Part shown: piece after piece, positions 63,095-64,000 of the stretch | Layout: each line of letters starts with the position of its first letter | Position numbering within the stretch: position 1 is the first letter of the stretch | IMG/VR virus record: IMGVR_UViG_3300009031_000221 | Span: 1 to 64,000 of that record | Reading direction: 5' to 3' (one strand) | Length of the DNA: 64,000 nt | From: a virus | Lineage: Duplodnaviria; Caudoviricetes | Translations under genes and position numbers: made by a program | Notes under the pieces: generated by a model | Told to the model about the DNA's origin: nothing | The model's input: only the letters and a program-made list of their open reading frames with translations | The model's database searches: none

Positions 63095-64000
63095 TCAATT
63101 TCTCCCTGTCAACCCGGCAATTTCTCCGCCCAGCATCAAACCATTACTTCCCATGAGTGCCACTACATTTGGCACTGAGAACACAATAGACAGATCAATA
63201 GGATCCGAGGATGCGTTCTGTATTACCACATCAACCATGTAGGTTGTCGGATCCTGATCATGTTGCTTGACTTGTACCGACAGGATGGTATAGAGCCGTT
63301 CCTTGAACGACACACCCTGATAATTCGATTGCTCTTTCTGCAAGTCCTGGAATTTAGTCAACGCCCGGCGAACATCCTCATTAACCAAAGTTGCGATACC
63401 TGCCAAAGCCTTCGACCCAATCCTTGACCGTAAACTCGTGCCATACCAAGGATAGTATGGATTCGATCCTCGATCGGTCAACAGAATCTTGAGTGCCGCT
63501 TGGTACAAAAGGTTCTCGTTCTGAATGGTAATGAACTGCCCCGTCTCATCGAACCGGTAGTCATTCTCGATGTATGCCGAACCGCAACGCAGACACCTAT
63601 TGGGAGGAACTGTGTACGTCACCTTGAAAATAGGATTGGTACGGATGGGGTAATCGAACTTGGGAAATCGATTGGTTATCTCATCGGGGCGTGTGTGCAG
63701 TCTCCATGCGGGGTAAATCTGTGCCCCTCGAGACATCCACTGGTAGTTATTCGTCCCATGTGCGCCAAACCCCAGGGCTACCGCCGCCGTCCCCGTAATC
63801 TTGACATAGGAATCAGGGCCAACACTTGTAATGTCCATAAACACAATGTGCCCATTGAATGAAGATGCCACGGCAATGGATAGATTGTTCTTCGCAAGGA
63901 ATTGTACCACTTCGTCCGCAGTCAATCGACTAATCCCCCGAACGCCGAATGTAAACGTCTGCGATCCGGCAGATGTTGTAATCGTTACGGTGTCCTCGTC
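63095..64000 (-). CDS. GPW/gp25-family baseplate protein with N-terminal extension, 5'-truncated
   Basis: LLYQAALKILLTDRGSNPYYPWYGTSLRSRIG; the frame is open from 63925 to the window edge (DEDTVTITTSAGSQ...). Confidence 0.85.
   Translation of the reverse strand, partial: DEDTVTITTSAGSQTFTFGVRGISRLTADEVVQFLAKNNLSIAVASSFNGHIVFMDITSVGPDSYVKITGTAAVALGFGAHGTNNYQWMSRGAQIYPAWRLHTRPDEITNRFPKFDYPIRTNPIFKVTYTVPPNRCLRCGSAYIENDYRFDETGQFITIQNENLLYQAALKILLTDRGSNPYYPWYGTSLRSRIGSKALAGIATLVNEDVRRALTKFQDLQKEQSNYQGVSFKERLYTILSVQVKQHDQDPTTYMVDVVIQNASSDPIDLSIVFSVPNVVALMGSNGLMLGGEIAGLTGRN

Noticed and set aside
302-63862. Many 60-310 aa ORFs antisense to or nested in the long genes (e.g. 1933-2871, 11943-12782, 22902-23672, 38698-39426)
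   Set aside because: They shadow well-supported genes and show no recognisable motifs.
1-64000. CRISPR array, tRNA or rRNA genes, stop-codon reassignment
   Set aside because: No regularly spaced repeats or cloverleaf/rRNA signatures were seen, and intergenic gaps are short. Long genes are uninterrupted in the standard code, and TAG, TGA and TAA all end genes.

Overview
A 64-kb segment of a large, probably jumbo, contractile-tailed dsDNA phage; several accessory genes resemble myxobacterial proteins, so the host may be in the Myxococcota (inference). Most genes are on the minus strand. Bases 1-14.3 kb are a replication/modification block: family A DNA polymerase, stand-alone CHC2 primase zinc finger, DnaB-like helicase, degenerate DnaC/IstB-like loader, SNF2 helicase and an unusual split beta-class amino-methyltransferase locus. 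At 15.5-22.5 kb on the plus strand are an intein-containing UvrD/PcrA helicase and a multi-domain HExxH metallopeptidase protein. From 24 to 64 kb are tail-fibre, baseplate and other virion genes (gp25-like, baseplate J-like, P2 gpI-like, two DUF4815-like paralogues, a beta-helix spike), interrupted by small accessory cassettes. The main candidate novel system is the methyltransferase locus: the DPPY half and the FxGxG half are in separate genes, and the variable segment that normally joins them occurs as six diverged modules (ARKP...GR(W/F)P(A/S/T)N...SR(F/Y)FK), five of them free-standing genes. A second clear signal is a five-copy bipartite promoter-like motif, G(A/G)CTTACT-N13-GCGTAGA, in front of the accessory cassettes. 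No rRNA, tRNA or CRISPR array was seen. All family assignments come from reading motifs by eye, not from database searches.
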